This document shows, one piece after another, positions 1-15,200 of a stretch of DNA of 64,000 bases. The number at the start of each line of letters is the position of its first letter. Within the stretch, counting starts at the first letter, position 1. Below the pieces are notes generated by a model. That model was not told the origin of the DNA. It did not search any database and worked only from the letters and a program-made list of their open reading frames with translations. A program made the position numbers and the translations under genes. The stretch lies in NCBI GenBank assembly GCA_905178155.1, contig CAJINV010000011.1, positions 705,982 through 769,981 of the forward strand. Reading direction: 5' to 3'. This DNA comes from Amoebophrya sp. A120 (lineage: Eukaryota > Protista > Dinoflagellata).

Positions 1-269
1 AAAAGTTGTGATGCGAAGTTTCCAAATGAAAGCTTTCTGTCATGCATGGAAGGAGTATGGATCTTTCTGATGCAGAGTCTAGACGTATATCGCATCGCTT
101 GCATGACAAGCGCCGCTCTTTCTGGGCCCTTTTGCAATACAAATTTTTGCTATTCACGATTGAAAACCTGTGATGCTGATAGATGCAAGAGCGCGAATGT
201 TTCATTTGGAAAGGTTTGCAATACAAATGCTTTCAAGTTCGGGGGTGGGGGGCATTTTTCATTGTAATA
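1..269. mobile_element. Introner family C, partial copy
   Basis: Near-identical to 48191-48499; ends gggggcatttttcattgtaata; reverse orientation relative to 321-623. Confidence 0.85.
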
Positions 270-3200
270 TCCCCAGCGAGATGTTTTCCGAGAGCCGGTT
301 GGGGAAGTCACCGTTTTGCGTATCGTAAAGAAAAATGCCCCCACCCCCGAACTTGAAAGCATTTGTATTGCAAACCTTTCCAAATGAAACATTCGCCCTC
401 TTGCATGTATCAGCATCACAGATTTCCGATCGTGAATAGGAAAAATTTGTATTGCAAAAGATCGCAGCAAGAGCGGTGCTTGTCATGCAAGCAATGCGAA
501 ACACCACTAGAATCTGCATCAGAAAGATTCATATTCCTTTCATGCATGACAAAAGGTTTTCATTTGGAAACTTCGCATGACAAATTTTTGCAACTTTGGG
601 GGTGGGGGCTTTTCACTGTAATATTGCGTGCGGAAGTTTTTCCGAAACCGGTTCGAGGAGTTGGTCGGGGACATTAAAAGCACGGGCCGCGGGAGTTGTA
701 GGAACGATTTTTCTCCTACCACCAATGGTTGTAGTGGTACAACTAGAATTACCTCCGCTCTCTCCTTCTTGAAGCGCAGTATCTACGAGGCGCGGTTTGG
801 GAAACTGCAAAGAACTTCTGGGATGAAGAATTCGCTGGATAGAGTTAAGGAATTGCAGGAAAGGAGCAAATTCTTATCCCCACTGAGCGTCGTATTTCAA
901 CATGTCCCGGACGCCGACCGAAATGTCGCAGAAATAGAGGCGTATTGGAAAAAGTTGCACGGGCAGAAACAACGACAGCGAGCCTTGCAGCGGCTAAGAC
1001 GACTGTACGCGGCCGGGACGCTGAAAGTGAGAAAGAAAAAAGCTCGAAGTGCTAGTACTCTTGGGAAGATGAAACAAGTGAAGCTGCGAGGTGAAAAGCA
1101 CGAAATTGCCTCAGAAAAAGATGGCGAAGATGCGGGAGATAGAAACAGAAAAAGCAGTACTTGCTCTACCGCCGTCGTTGTCCCCGGCACGAACGTTGTG
1201 TTTGCGTATTTGCTCCTGGGACGAGGTCTACACCTGGAGGAAGATCCTCAACAGCGGAACGTCGTAGCAACAGGCAAAACCTCGAAAGTCGAAGCTGCCA
1301 CAGAGATAAAAGCATCGAAAGCTGCGGCGATAGATGCAAAAAGCAACTCCTCCTCGGAAGACGCTGCGGAAGTGCAAAAAGGTAGGACCGAAATGAGCAA
1401 GAATGCTACTTCTACCGGTGCCACAAAGACCATAAAGAACTCGACTCTGCTTCGCAACTCCGGTTGGTCCACGCTTCTGGACTACCACAGTTTTATTTTA
1501 CCCAGTGTGGAGGATGCACAGGTACAGGAGTCCCTCCAAGAAAGCAACTCGAAGAACGTTGCCGCGGCGTGGATCAAGAAGAACGCGCGGTCCTCATCAA
1601 TCCAGAAAGAAAACCAAGTCTTGGCCGAGCGAGCGTTTGCGAACCTTGTGGACCTTTCCTGGAACGAGAAGCAGCAAGCAGTGTTGGCAGGCTTGGCGAA
1701 GGTGCTCAGCGGGTATTTGCGGCCAATGCGGGAGATTTTTGGCAACTTCGCGGGAAGACGTAGACCAGGTTCCACCGCTAGTAGGTGTGCAATGGACCAC
1801 CACACCACTCATTCATCATCCGCGACAGAGCCGAATACAGAGGAAAATACGCCGTTCTCGTCGCGATTTCAGTTTGAAGATCCGGAAGTGAGCAAACAGT
1901 ACTGGTCGAAACGTTACCGGGACAACGCAAACGACCTCTTCGTCGTGACAGAAAATCAACGAAGCGGCACAACATCAGGAGCTGCGACTTCTGCTTGTTC
2001 CTTTGGAAGTAGTACTTGTACTACCAGTACGACAACCGAGACGGGGTGGGCAACATCAAGTGAACAAGATTTGCGGAAGCGCTTTAAGCCGAAAATATAT
2101 GACAGAGGCGTGGAAATCGAGGACGTGGACTTTGACATCTTGTTCCAACGGTATGATCGGGTCCGGGTGCTCCGGAGTGGAGAAGGAGAACAAACCGCGA
2201 AGTCTGGTGGTCTTCTATCTGATTCCGCCACAGATGTTGAGGCGAAGAAAGTAAACGAACCAACGGACCATGCAATGGAAGCTGATGCAGATCACAAGCA
2301 GGAGAGCATGGACAAAAATGTTTTCGATCACAAAGAACAAGAAACGGCGAAGGAGCTCCCGAAGATGGTAGAAAAAACCAGCAGAAAGACAAAGAATTAT
2401 GCCCCATCAAAAACCAAAACCACCGAGCAAATCCAGTATGAAATTCTACTGGTTCTCTCCTTGCTGAAGACCTTCTTCCTCGACCGCGTTAATTGGTTGA
2501 TGATTTCCGACGCGGAAAAATTAGAGCTGAAAAAGTTCGCGGTGTCGAATAGCATGCCAAATTTGATGATTGTCGTCGGTGGAACAACATCTTCAACGGG
2601 TCATGAAACAAGCAACAAGAACAGTCTTCCACCCGCTTTTCTCATCCCCCAGCACCTCCTGAGCCAGCTTTTCTTTTTCACCCGGGCCTGCGCGCAGGTG
2701 AAAGACTTCAGCTACGCCCCCTACGACCGCCAAGTACCGGACTCCTGGCGCCGGTGCTACCAGATGAGCGCCGATTTGAACGCGAAACTGCGGAAGGCAC
2801 TCGATCCCAGCCTGAGCTACAAGGAAGTGACCCTGGACCACGGCGGGGACGTTGCTGGGTACAGCTACTTCCTCCGGGGGGATAGTGTTTCGCTTGGGAA
2901 GAGGATGGAAATCCAGAACTTGAGTTTGAAAAAGGCGAAATTTTTGCTAGAGCAAGGGCAGCAGCAGCTACTGACGTCAAAAACCACGGGCGCGAACACG
3001 ACTACGAGTAAGACCGCCGCGTCTTCGAAGGATTCTACTTCCCACAAGCACCAAACGGCGGCCATCAAAAACGACCGCGGAAGATCGGTCTTCAAAAACG
3101 ACCGCGGAAGATCGGTCTTCAAAAACGACCGCGGAAGGTCGCGTTCCACTCGTAAAATGCTAGGGGTCCCCGTTACCTCGAATAGCATAGCTACTGCAGT

Positions 3201-6200
3201 ACAGACGGCGAAACAAGCCGCAGATCTTGCAATAGGAGGTGGTGGAACAGCTGCGACGTCTTCTGAGCCATCCTCGACATTGAACAAAGTTACTACAGCA
3301 CCCACGTTGATGCCAGCACTGGTCTCCTCGTCCTCTGCTTCTGCTGCCAATCCCAATGCCATCATTCCCAATCTTGTCGGAGGCAAGAAGCCGCAAGATC
3401 AACACGCGTCACCAGTCAAAAATCAGGAATTCTTTCTGGAAGAAGGCTGCGTCGGGGAGGTTTTAGGTATGAAGTGCGAACTGCACTACTGGGTGATGAC
3501 GGTGAGTGATGATGGCGACGGTACATCGACGGAGGAAGATGTCGAAAATCTTCACAGCGGTACTTTGATGTCGGCTGGTAGAAATAAACGTGAAGCTGCG
3601 ACTTCTCCTGCCAGTACTAAAACGACGAAGTTTTTCTCGATTCCGAGCCACTGTGTCGTGCCCGTGAAAATGAACGACGATGTTGCGACCACTTCCTCGG
3701 CCGCCGACGTAGGTGTTGTCAAAAAAGTTGTGTCCTGCACCTCTCGGGCTCCACGCCCTATCGACGTTGAAAGCGGTAGTATCTGTTCTATTAACCAGGA
3801 GTTTGACATCGGGGAAATCGGTCAAGTGAAAAGAAACAGGAGCTTTAAGAACCACTACGCCTCAGCGATTACAAGAACTTGGACGGTTGTGGACGGTGAC
3901 TGGCTGAACCGAGAACCCGAAACACGTGCGCAACAAGAAGGTCTAGTACAACCCGAGGATGCTAATAAAAATGACAAGCCAAGCCCGAAGCGAGTCAACT
4001 ACAACGTTTTTTCCGTGGGTGCGTCCAATGTGGAAACGACGGAATTGAAGAAGGCGATTAGCATGGAAGGCTGGATCGGGAAAAGCTCTGTGGAAGAGGT
4101 CGACGTCGATTTACTAGAATCTGAAGATGATGACCACGGTGAGGAAACCAGCCGCATGTCATTGCAAACGCTTGGAAACACCGGTCGCATGAGTACGCAG
4201 CGGACGAATAGGACGGAAAATAATAATGACGGATTTTTTGGTTTGAAAATGAAAAAGCAGAAGATTTTTGAGCAGGAGGAGAAAACGGCTTCGAGAGAAA
4301 TGTTCACCAGCGGATCAGCTGCTTCCGGAGTAGATGTTGTTGATCAGGAACAGGGAAAAATACAGAAGAATTCATTGAACAGAATCAGCAAAAGAGATGA
4401 GAAAATCCTCCGACACATCCTACTCGAGGGCCCGGATTTTGTCGCGAGACAGCCGGAAACACCGGGTACTAAAAACAAGGCCGTCGTCGACCTCCAGGGG
4501 AAGCTGTCGACCTTTCCCACGACCTTGCATGCGGCGGACCACGGGATGAACAAGACGAACGGCCTCGGAAACGGAGGAGCTGCAGGCTCTACTGGTGCTG
4601 CTGCTCCTATCGGAAAGGAGCCGTTTTACGAGGAGCAACTACAAAAGTTTGCGGAACAGGGAAAGCTGCAAATGAAAGACGGCGACGTGATTCCCGTTGG
4701 GGCGAAAGTGCGCATCTTGAAAAAACAGCTAGTACCGGTTACGGTGAAACAAGCCTCCGACGGCGCTGTCGTCGATCGGGTGGAGGAGAGCCGCCTACTG
4801 TGCGACCGCGATAAATTGCTCAGGCCGATTGCCGGCAGCTGGAAACGGGATAAGGTGTTTCTGGTCAAGTGGAACCTGCTGTCTTCTACGACTTCTACTT
4901 CGAACAATCATGATCTCACGGATGGATCGTGTGAGGACTCGTCTATTTTTGCAGCGAGTTTTTCCTCCTCGTCCTCTTTCCAGGACCTTGACGAATGGAA
5001 TAACCAGCGCAAGAAAGTTCTTGGCTGTGACGGGCCAGCGAACGCGGGTGGTCCGACTCCTGCACAGAAACAGCAGCAACCGCAAAATGACAATAATGAG
5101 GTCCTCACCACGACCTCCGCGCGCATCGACCACGCTGGGACCTCCACAGCTGCGGCCGCGGTCAACAATGCTCGTTCATACAATTTGAATCTGCTGCAGC
5201 CGGACGCGGTCAAAATGCTGAAGAACAACGAGGATCCGACCGCGAATCTGAGGTACTTGACGAAGCTCGCCGACGGCGCCAAATGCATGAACCGTTTGAG
5301 CTGGGTTCCCGAAGAGTTGCAGGCACTATTGGGAAAGAAGAAGGGGAAGATTCTTTACGACGAAATGGGAGAAAAGAACAAGATCTTCATCAACCAGCAG
5401 CAGCAACTACAGCAGGATGGTAAAAATCCGCGGCTTACTTCTGACTTTTCCTTCGAACATCAATCCGAAGATGACACCGGGCTTACCGGTAAACACCAGC
5501 AAAAAGACATGCAGTTACTGGATTTCCAAGAGCAACTCCATCCGCGGATGCTGTCGCCCATTCCGAAAAGCCGCGACAGCGACGTTTTTGCCCCGGTCCC
5601 GGGTCGCGCGTTGGATAAGCCGACGAGGCAGCACTGGCTGTTGCACAAGTTTATCGTGCGCGAATTGGGGGACCGGCTCGATTTCTCGAAGTTGATCTAC
5701 AATAAGGAGGAGGAGTTTTGTGACGATATAAGGATTCTCGTGTTGCAAGACCAGGAACTGATTTTAAAGCTCGACGACTGCGTGTTTGCAACCGAGGTAC
5801 TGATGAAGTACGAGGGAGTTAATAGTACAACTACCTGCAACTACATGGCAGTACCCGGCGCGCAGGTAGTTGTACCTCCGGCGTCGTCGACTGTCAGTGC
5901 CTTCATGTCGCAGCCTGGAGCGGCCGCCTTTGTTCCCCAGGGTGGTAATCCTGCAGGCAAAGGTTCGAATAAGAACAAGAACAAGCAGATGACCGGCGCA
6001 AATTGTATTCCGCTCGGGGGTCCACCTGGAGTCAAAATTATGCAGAACGGAGCGATGAATGTGAAAGGTGGAAACACGATTTCTGGTGCAGGACCAGCAC
6101 CAGGACCAGCGCCGCCTGTTTTGGGAATAATGAACGGGAATAAAGGTTCATCTTCGAACATGATCCACCTTCCCGCAGGACCGCAGGTCGTCCCGTTTGT

Positions 6201-9200
6201 GCAGCAACAGCAAGTGAATGGAACTACAGACCACTTCCCCACTCGTGCTTGTTCCCCGTCCTCCTGTTCAACATCCGGGTTTTTTTCCTTCGAAGATTAC
6301 AAAATGTTCCGCATCCGCTTCGAACAGGTGCTCGAGCTGCTCCGGTACCGGTTGCAGGTCCATCGTTTCAAGGTGGATAACTTACCCCTTCAAGTGTGCC
6401 GGTTGAAGGAAGTTGATACTGATTTGTTCCATTTTGACCAGGAAAAGGCGCTGCAGCGGTGTGGGGAGAAAGTACCGGGAAAAAATGTGGAGGACTGGGA
6501 AGCGGAGTACGTAGAATATCTGAAACTGGGCGGCGGCGACGATACTGCAAAAACAGCAAGAGGGGACGAGCAACATTTTTCTCCTACCTCCAGAACAAGC
6601 TCCTCGTTCTGTCAGCACGTCAAAAACTACCCTCTGAGCCACTTCGAAGCCTTCACTACGGAAAACGAGAAAATTCACGGTCTTTCCACCCGCACCCAGG
6701 GGTACTACGTGCAGCAAAACCTCCCGAACGAAAAATTCCTCAACCCCTTGGTGCTGGAGGCGTGGCGGAGTCAACAAGAAAGGCAGGTGAAGAAGTTGCA
6801 ACTGGAACAATTCTGTCGTGATCATACTACTGACGACAAGGACGAAATAAACCATTTTCAGTCCTGTCCCGACTTCTGGTTGTCGAAGCAGGAACGAAAA
6901 CTCCTTTCGGAAAAACGGCACAGGAAGCTGCAGCACACGAGGCTCCTCGAGCAGGTGAAGGCGAAGAAGCACGAAAGTCGCCGGGTGTGGGAAGACAAAC
7001 TGGAGGAACTTTTTGGTTTGATGGTGAAACAAGTCCGAGCGGAGGAAGGGAATTACCTGCCGTCCGTGCTCTTCGGCGTTCCTGACGTCCACCGGACTTC
7101 CGGACGCGGCTTTCAGAATTCGCCCTTTCACGACAGTTTTATGCAGCTTAAAACCTTCTGGGGCGGGTTTTTCCCCCGGCTGCAATCGAACTCGAGCGGC
7201 AAGGATACCGTGGAGGACTACTCGGATTTGTTCCTCATCGTGAAAATGTTGAAGTCAGAGCAGGAGGCCAACAACAACCGGGCAGTCAAGAAGTCCAAGC
7301 CGTCGCTGATGAGAGCGGGGAACCACGAAAAGACCGTTTCCCATAATTCCTCGGACGAAGAGGGAGACGACCACCTGGACCGAGAATTCCCCTTCTTCCA
7401 CCACGAAAGAACAAGTCATGCCATTGGTCCTCTTACAACCGTCGAAAGTGTTGTTGAAAATAAACAAGACCTAGAACTAAATCTTCGCTACCCGCGGTTG
7501 ATTTACATCGATCGGGATGGTTGCCCGGTGGTCGAAATGCTGGAAAAGGACCTGCAGTTTATGTACCGCGATAAGCCAAACCTTCTTTACGAGGACTGTG
7601 ACGTGGCGGTGTACCAAAAGCCACCGCGGTGGAATTGCAACACCGGAGAACGGGAGTGGATGATGCTCGCCTACCTCGCCGAGAACATTTCGAGTGCGAA
7701 CGAAATTCACAAGACAGAGAAGCAGGACTTGATTGCGCACTGTATTCCGCGGTTGTTCGACGACTTGGATTTATCGCATCGGCTGGAGCAAGCGGAAGTG
7801 AATCCGATTGCCCTTCGCGCGGAGGGGGGAAGGGGGCTGGTTTTGAAGTCAACAACGAGCGATGATTATCGTAACGACCCATCGACAAGTAGTAGTAGTT
7901 TTGGGTCGTTGAAGAGGGGATTCCTGAATTTGAAAAACGTCGTGAGAACCAAGGATACGACGCCTGCTCTCGCACCAAGAGGCAGGACTTCTTCCGGACG
8001 AGGCCCGTGTGTTTACGAGTACAAGGAGGAGGACTTCATGATCCCGGATAACTATTCGTTCCAAGAACTGAAGAAAACGCGGCCGAAATTCGCACAATTT
8101 GCGCAGGAGTTTACGGAGCCGGACTACCCCGACCATATGGAAGAAATCGTGAACACCAGGGCAAACCCGTGGGAGAAAAAGGTGCGGGCGGGAGAACTCT
8201 ACTACGACGACGAGACCGGATCCGATCCCTGGAACTTCAGCGGTACCACCTGGATTCCGGTTTTGAAAATTCTGGAGACGATGGTGCGGGAGAAAATCCA
8301 GAAGACTTTGGAAAATTTTACGGGAGGTGTGCGGAAGGTCTTGTCGGGGGAGTACAATGAAGGTGTTCATCTGGAGATGGAAGGGAGGTGGAACAAAGCG
8401 ATTCTGGAACAAGATGTGGAAAAAATCAGTCGTGGCGTTAGTAAGAATGCGTCAACATCATCTTCGCAGATGATTCCGTCTTTAGTACTAACGGAAGCTA
8501 ACTCTTCCAGTTTGAATTCAGACGACTGTTTCAAAGCAACTGTCTCAGGTCGTGGAACAAGTTGTACGTCGATGTTGCAGGCGCTTGAGCTACCGAACCT
8601 GAAGCTGAATTCCGCGGATCGTCGTGCACCAGAAGAGCAGCGAACCAGCGTGCTCGCCGATGAAATGGAGGTCGTGCAGGCGGAGGACCGTAATTCGCGC
8701 GAGGTTGTATTTTTCGGCACTGCGAAAGAGCAAGAGCAGAGTGGTTCTCATGTTCTACTTGCGGGGAAGAACCACCTGAAGAACTACATTGCCAGTCCAC
8801 CACAGCCTCAAGAATCACCGGCGCAAATCACGGCAACAAGAAGTTGTGCTAAAACCCTGCTGGACCTGGACCAACTAGACTTTGACGAAGCCTCCGCCGA
8901 GATGTTGAACAAGCAGGAAAGTATCGTCGAAGATGAACAAAGGGAGCTGCAACTGCTGAGCCAGCTGCCGATTTCCAGGAACGAGGTGCAAGAGCGGCAG
9001 CTGCTGCGGAAAATTTCGTTTTTCTACGAGAAGTGGGACCAGCAGCTGCAAATCGAGAAAGCTAGGAAAGAAGTGCAGCAGCAGCAGCAACACATCTTGC
9101 AGTTGCAGCTGAGTCTAAATCTTGCAGCTAAAAACAAACCGACTGGAGGTGCACCAAGCCAACCGTTCACGTTGCCGCCCCCACCACGGCAGATCATGCA

Positions 9201-12200
9201 AAACCCGACGACGACGTCAACCTTTCCGAACGGAGCGATAAGCAACGGCATAATTGATGCAAACTCTACTTCTAACGTTTGCCAGCAACAGTCCTCCTTT
9301 CCACAGCCTTCTGTTCTAAAACCTGCACCACCCGGTAGTAGTACTAGTTGTGCGGCACCAGTGTCCCTGCCACTGCTTGGTAGTACGTTTGGGACCACGA
9401 GCTCGTCGAAAATAGTAGTCCCGACTTCCTTTGTTCCACTTGTGCCGTGCGACAACGAGGGTGTTGATGCTATGATTATCCCGGAAAAGAACTACAGTTC
9501 TCTGTGTACTAGCAATTCTGATGTCCGATCTACGTCCCAACTCTCGCAGCTCATCACGCTGTTCAAACCGGACAACAAAACGAATTACATTGAGCAGCTG
9601 CTCGTGGAGGAGCTGCCGAGACTGATCGCGCAAATGAGCAGCGAAAAAATCATCGAGACCATTGTTGGCACCAGCTCGGCAAAGATTGCTGCAGAGAATC
9701 TTCAAGGTGCGAGCAAGAAGCGCACTGCATCAAAAGGGGCCCCCGCGAGGAAAAGCAAGAAGGACGACAAAATAGTAAGTAGACCGGTAGAACAAGAAGT
9801 AAACGGTGGCAGCACGACAGGGGTTCTTGGCAAGAAAAAGGACAACGTCAAACTGAAGAGCGGTGCTGTGCCCGCCGGATCGTCCTCTGCGCAGCCTCCC
9901 CCGTCTTTGAGCGCAATTCTGCCACGGTTGCAGGCACAGCAGAAGAAGGAAGAGAAAAAAATTTTAACCGCAGGAACAAGCGCTGGCGCAGCAGGAGCTG
10001 TAGTGCCGGGAGCTGCTACTGGCGGTGAGCAGGAGGACAAAAAAGTGGTAGATGGCCATGGCACCACAGCAGCAGGAAGAACCACAACTGCAGTCGAAGT
10101 AGACTTGATCAATGGGAAGAACATGAAAAACGACAAGGAAAATAAGAGCGACACGACAGCAACAGCAAATGTTTTTAAAACGAACAGCACCACTGTTGAA
10201 CATCAAGATCGTGAAGATTCTTCCAGCCATAAATCCCTTGTATCCCCCGCGGAGCAGAGAGAACAGGAAAAGCTGCGATTTCTTCAGCTACTCCCCCGGT
10301 TCTCCTCTGTGCAGTCGCGCACGAAGCGGCGCGGTCCCGCGGAGATCGGGTGGCGGCACTACCAGTGGGTGTTTCTGCACAACATCACGGAAAAGGGGTT
10401 GCGTAAAGAAATCATCTGGACCGCAAAATTCCACAAAACAGACCACCGGAATCCCCGGTCGGCCGGGGACCGGTGGAAGTTTCAGAAACTCTTCAAGTAC
10501 TGTACGGACGCGCAGATGAAACGGGAGGTGGAAAAGATGTATGCGAAAGAGAGCAGCCAGTTCCTGGACCGTTTTCCCCTGCCGGACGCCAACAACTTCA
10601 TGAAAATTTTCGAAGCCAACAAAACGGCCGACAAGGCAAGGAAGGCTACGTTAGAAAAGGACCACTGGGACGTGGAGAGGGACGAGCGGTCCCTGAAAAA
10701 ATACCTCGCGCAGAAGTCCTTGTTTCGGTCCCACAGCGGCAAAGAAGCGTTGGCCGACTTGCACGACGTGCTCGGTCACTACCGCGCCCAGGCCGTGGAC
10801 GAAAGTAAGCCAAGGGTTCTGAGGGCGCAGCTGGAGCAGGTAAAGAATTAAAACTTTTGTTGTTTACCAACGTACAAATGTAAATAAACGATGTAGAAGT
10901 TTTTGTGCACCATGTGAATCTATGGATGATGGGGCCTCGATCAAGAATTTAGTTTTACAATTTTTTCAACAATAAACAAAAAAAGGTCGACCACGCCACG
11001 GCGCTGTTCCAGCCGACGAAGTCGGACATCTACCCGCATTTAACCGACGCCATTCAGTCGAAAGACTGGAAAAGCGCTTTGATTTTTACCTTTGACCTCT
11101 TCCTCGGCGGCATGCTGCAGACCACCTGCGCAGGTACTTCGAAGTCGTCTTCTTCTTTTTCCCGCACATCATCATCTTCGCTGCAAAGCAGCTTCGACCG
11201 GTTGCTGGAGAATTGTGTTTTCATCCAGTTCAGTGCGAAAAAATATGTGGAGCAACAGGAGAAGCTGTTGCTGCGAGGACCAGTCGTGGCGAGGAACGCG
11301 ATGGCCGCTCCGATTCTTCCTTCCAAGAAGCCGCCAGCGCCGTTGGAAACCGTGTCTAAAGCGAGATCCATTTCCACCGCCGGAGCACAAGGTAGTAGTT
11401 CAGAGGATGCTAGTAGCTTGCACATTGCGAAAAGGCGCAAGGTGGACGAGGAACCGCATCAAGGGGGCCAACAGCCAGCGGGCCAACAGTTCATGTCCAG
11501 TACAACCTCATCGTCCACGATGTCGTCCTCTTTTTGGCCAACTACAACATTTCCCCCACCGTCCGTGCTTCCAACCACTACTTTTCAACAGCACACTCTC
11601 CCCTCGCTCGCCCCGACGTGCACGTTTTTGAAGGCCAGCACAAAGTCCAGAACGTGGCAGAAGTTGTGTTTCGCGCTGCGAAAAATGTTCGCGTTCGAGA
11701 AAGTGAACAAGTCCAAGGAAGCAGAAGAAATGGCGGACCACAACATGCAAGCGCCCGACGTGAAGAGTGCGGTGGAGCAAGTGCTCGTGAAAAAGCTAGA
11801 AAGTGTGAAGTTCTTGAAGAACAATGAAAATACTTCGGGTTTGTCTGGTAGTTCATCGGGAGCAGGACCGCGAAAGCAGAACTCTATCGCCGATCAGCTC
11901 CTCGTTCCGGCGGCGGTTGGGGGCCCCCAGACGTCCCAGCAGCTCCGGTCCTCGCGGCTTCTCCCACCCTTGTTGCGGAACGTCGACGTGCGGGACTTTG
12001 CCACGGTGCTGGAGTTCGCGAAGCACTTTGACGACATTCGGAAGCGGAAAGAGGCCGGGAATTTCTTGGACGAAACCAATCCTTTGGAGGTCGCCAGGAT
12101 GTTTCTGGACCGTTTGCCGACCTTCCAGGCGAACTTGTATCCTGAGCAAAAACGTCCCCACCCCAGAGTTGTCATGCAAAGGCGCAATGACATTGACAGG

Positions 12201-15200
12201 AACATTTGTAATGCGCAGCTTCATGAGAGGCATTTCCAATCGTGTTTTGGCATTTGTAATGCTGTAAACAGGATGAGAAAACGACTTTCTCATGCGGCTT
12301 TCCTTGCCAACCAGCACTACACTGCAGAGTGGGACTTGTCATGCACAGCTCCCAAAACTTGGAGATATGTGTTGCCAGATTCCCAGCTTGACTATGTGGT
12401 GGGGACGTTTTTGCTTAGGATAACGTGATTACCGACTTCATCTACATGCACTTTATGATCAACCCGGAGGTGGACGGGCGGCCGCCCACCAAATGTAACC
12501 TGATTCTCCCCGGGGCGGTGAGCATGGTTGAGTACGTGGTCTTGAACCACCCGCTCTGGCGGGTCGGGATGTGCCAACACTGGCAATGCGGAATGAGCCA
12601 CAGGTACTTGTTTTTACCCTGTCATCGTGGGCCTACATGCTAGAGCAGGTGATTTTCATACTTCACGGTTAGATGTGGTCCTCGTGTATCTATGGATAGA
12701 ACCTCTGCCTGCGTGTGATGTGATCATCATGCTAATAGGCGAAGAAAATGAATTTGCTTGCAGCGCAAACCATTAGTCATGTTGAAACAACTAGGTACGA
12801 CATGGGCACGGGTGGGCCGCTTCTTTGGCAGAAGACGTTTGCGGGGCGGGAGATCAACAGTTTAAACATCGAGTCCGCGCGGATGTCCAAGGACTACGTC
12901 TGCCTAGTGCACGGCTCCTTCTCGGAAGCCTGTGCGCGCGGTTGCATCACCTTCCCGCTGGACCAGTTGGCGGGCCGCGCTCTGCGCGTGACGAAGGGGG
13001 AAAACGGGAAAAAGGTGTGCCAGCTGCTGGACGAGATCAAACAGCTCCCCGGCGTGTCGAAAGACCGTACCGCGTACCCCTTTTACTGTTTCCAGAACAT
13101 GCAGGAAACCGCAGCGGTCCGCACCAAGGAAGACTACATCTGTTTGAAGTTTTGGATGATATGCATTGCACAAGCAAATCGTACTTAGTAAAAATTGCAT
13201 TACAAATAAAAAAATTGCATTAAAAATTGGCCCAGCATGACGAATTGAATTTGTAATGCGGATTTACCGTAAGAACTAGATTTGTAATGCGCGTCACTGC
13301 AAGTGCGATACTTTTGCAATGCATAGATGAAGAAACGCGGCGATTCGTCCATGGGTGAATACAATTCCGTGACGCACTACGAGGTGATTCAGCAGTTCGA
13401 GTACAAAAACCGGTATTACTCCCTGGTTCACTGCCGCATTCTTACCGGGCGCACCCACCAGATTCGCGCGCACATGCGGGCCATCGGCCACCCGCTCGTC
13501 CACGACCGGTGCTACGCCCTGCGCGGGGAGCAGGAGCGGCGCGGACCGCTCGCGGCGACCAACGGCATATGGTGTGTAAAAACGTTCCCAACTATGTACC
13601 CAGAGACAATAGGAGGATTTTGCAACACGACAAATCCAGAAGTTTTGGGAGCCTTCACACATGACAAGTTTCCATCTGTAGTTTAGTGTAGTGCGTCGGC
13701 CTAGCAAGGACAGCCGTGCATCACAAAGCCATCTGCTTATCCTGTTTAGAGAATTTGAAATTCCAAAACAGGACTGAGAAGGCCTCCTATCGGGATGCGC
13801 ATTCTTGCATATGTTCCTCTAGTAGATGCAAATCTGCATGACAACTCTGGGCGGGACTTGGGGATGTCTTTACACAGGATACGGCATCCGGAAAGCGGAA
13901 TTTGAGATGATGGACGTGAATCCGACGGGGGAAATCCACCTGTACAAGTACCGCAACAGTTTCTTGTCTATCGTAAGGAAAAACTCCACCGCCCCATATC
14001 GAAAAGAAAATTTGTGATGCTGATTTGTGGTCACAGATCAGCTTTGTCTTGCGTGCAAGGCAAACGGCACCCATGTGGCTCATTGTGCATCGAATCTGTC
14101 ATGCGTTGTCGCCTATGTCAGACTTGTTTCTGATGCTCAGGTGCTAGCCGGATCCGGATCCGTGCCCAAATTTGCCTAGCATATGCCGGCAAGCTCTTGC
14201 TGCAATACAAAGCGCATTTGTGTACACAAATCCAGCAACACAAATTGTCTTTTGCATATGGGGAGGGGGCTTTTTTCACTTTGATATTGTCCGGCACCTC
14301 CCGGTTCCAGTCGATCGAGTCCGAACCGCCCCAGAACTTCCGGGTCTTGCTCTCGAAGCTCAACCCTTTAACCCGGTTCGACTACCGAAGGATCGAGCAC
14401 TACGTGGAAAATCACTCGGAGAACTATGGCTTGCTCAGATGTTACAATCTCAAATCGGTTACCATAGAATCTGAAATTTGTCTTGCATAAACAGCACGAG
14501 TACCATACAGAGCCTTAGGCTTTTCGCAATAGAAATTTCGCCAGATAATTTTCATGAGCTTTGAAGCTCCGAAACTTGTCATGCGCGCTCCTGTGAGAGC
14601 AGGCCAGATGTTGCGCATTTTGCATCACAAATTCTAGATTCCATTGCAACGTTTATCAATTGAGATCGTAACACCTGAGCGGGTTATAAGAACCTTCCGC
14701 TCCTGGGCCGCGATCCGGAGAACATGCAACACCCGGACAGACGGTACTTATAGTGATGAACGTTGGTGGTCATGGTTTCATGTTCCTTAATATCAACATC
14801 GAAGTCCTCTGTTTCTGCAAAGCAATATAATCTTCAAAAGTACATTCATATACTAGGGAAAGCAGTCCGGCCCCTGGCCAGTATAGTTAAAGCAAAAAGT
14901 TACAGACTGAAGGCCGCGGAATTCGTGCGGCTAGCTAGAAAAACCGCGCGCTGTCGTTCGTTCGAAAAATAAAAAACTGCGCGCCAAGATTTTCGTCCAC
15001 ACGCTAAGTCAAAAAGTGCCGTCGGTGTCGTCCAACCGCGCTTCGGCGCCCAGCCCCATCCAAACGTTAAACCAGGGGCCCATCGGGAACGGGCCCCCAT
15101 CGGGTCGTGGCGCCCCCGCCTGGCCCGCGGCCGGTCCCTGCCGCCTGCCGGCCCGCCCGACCCGCGGCCGCCGCTCCCCCGCCCGCCATTCCCCTCCCCC

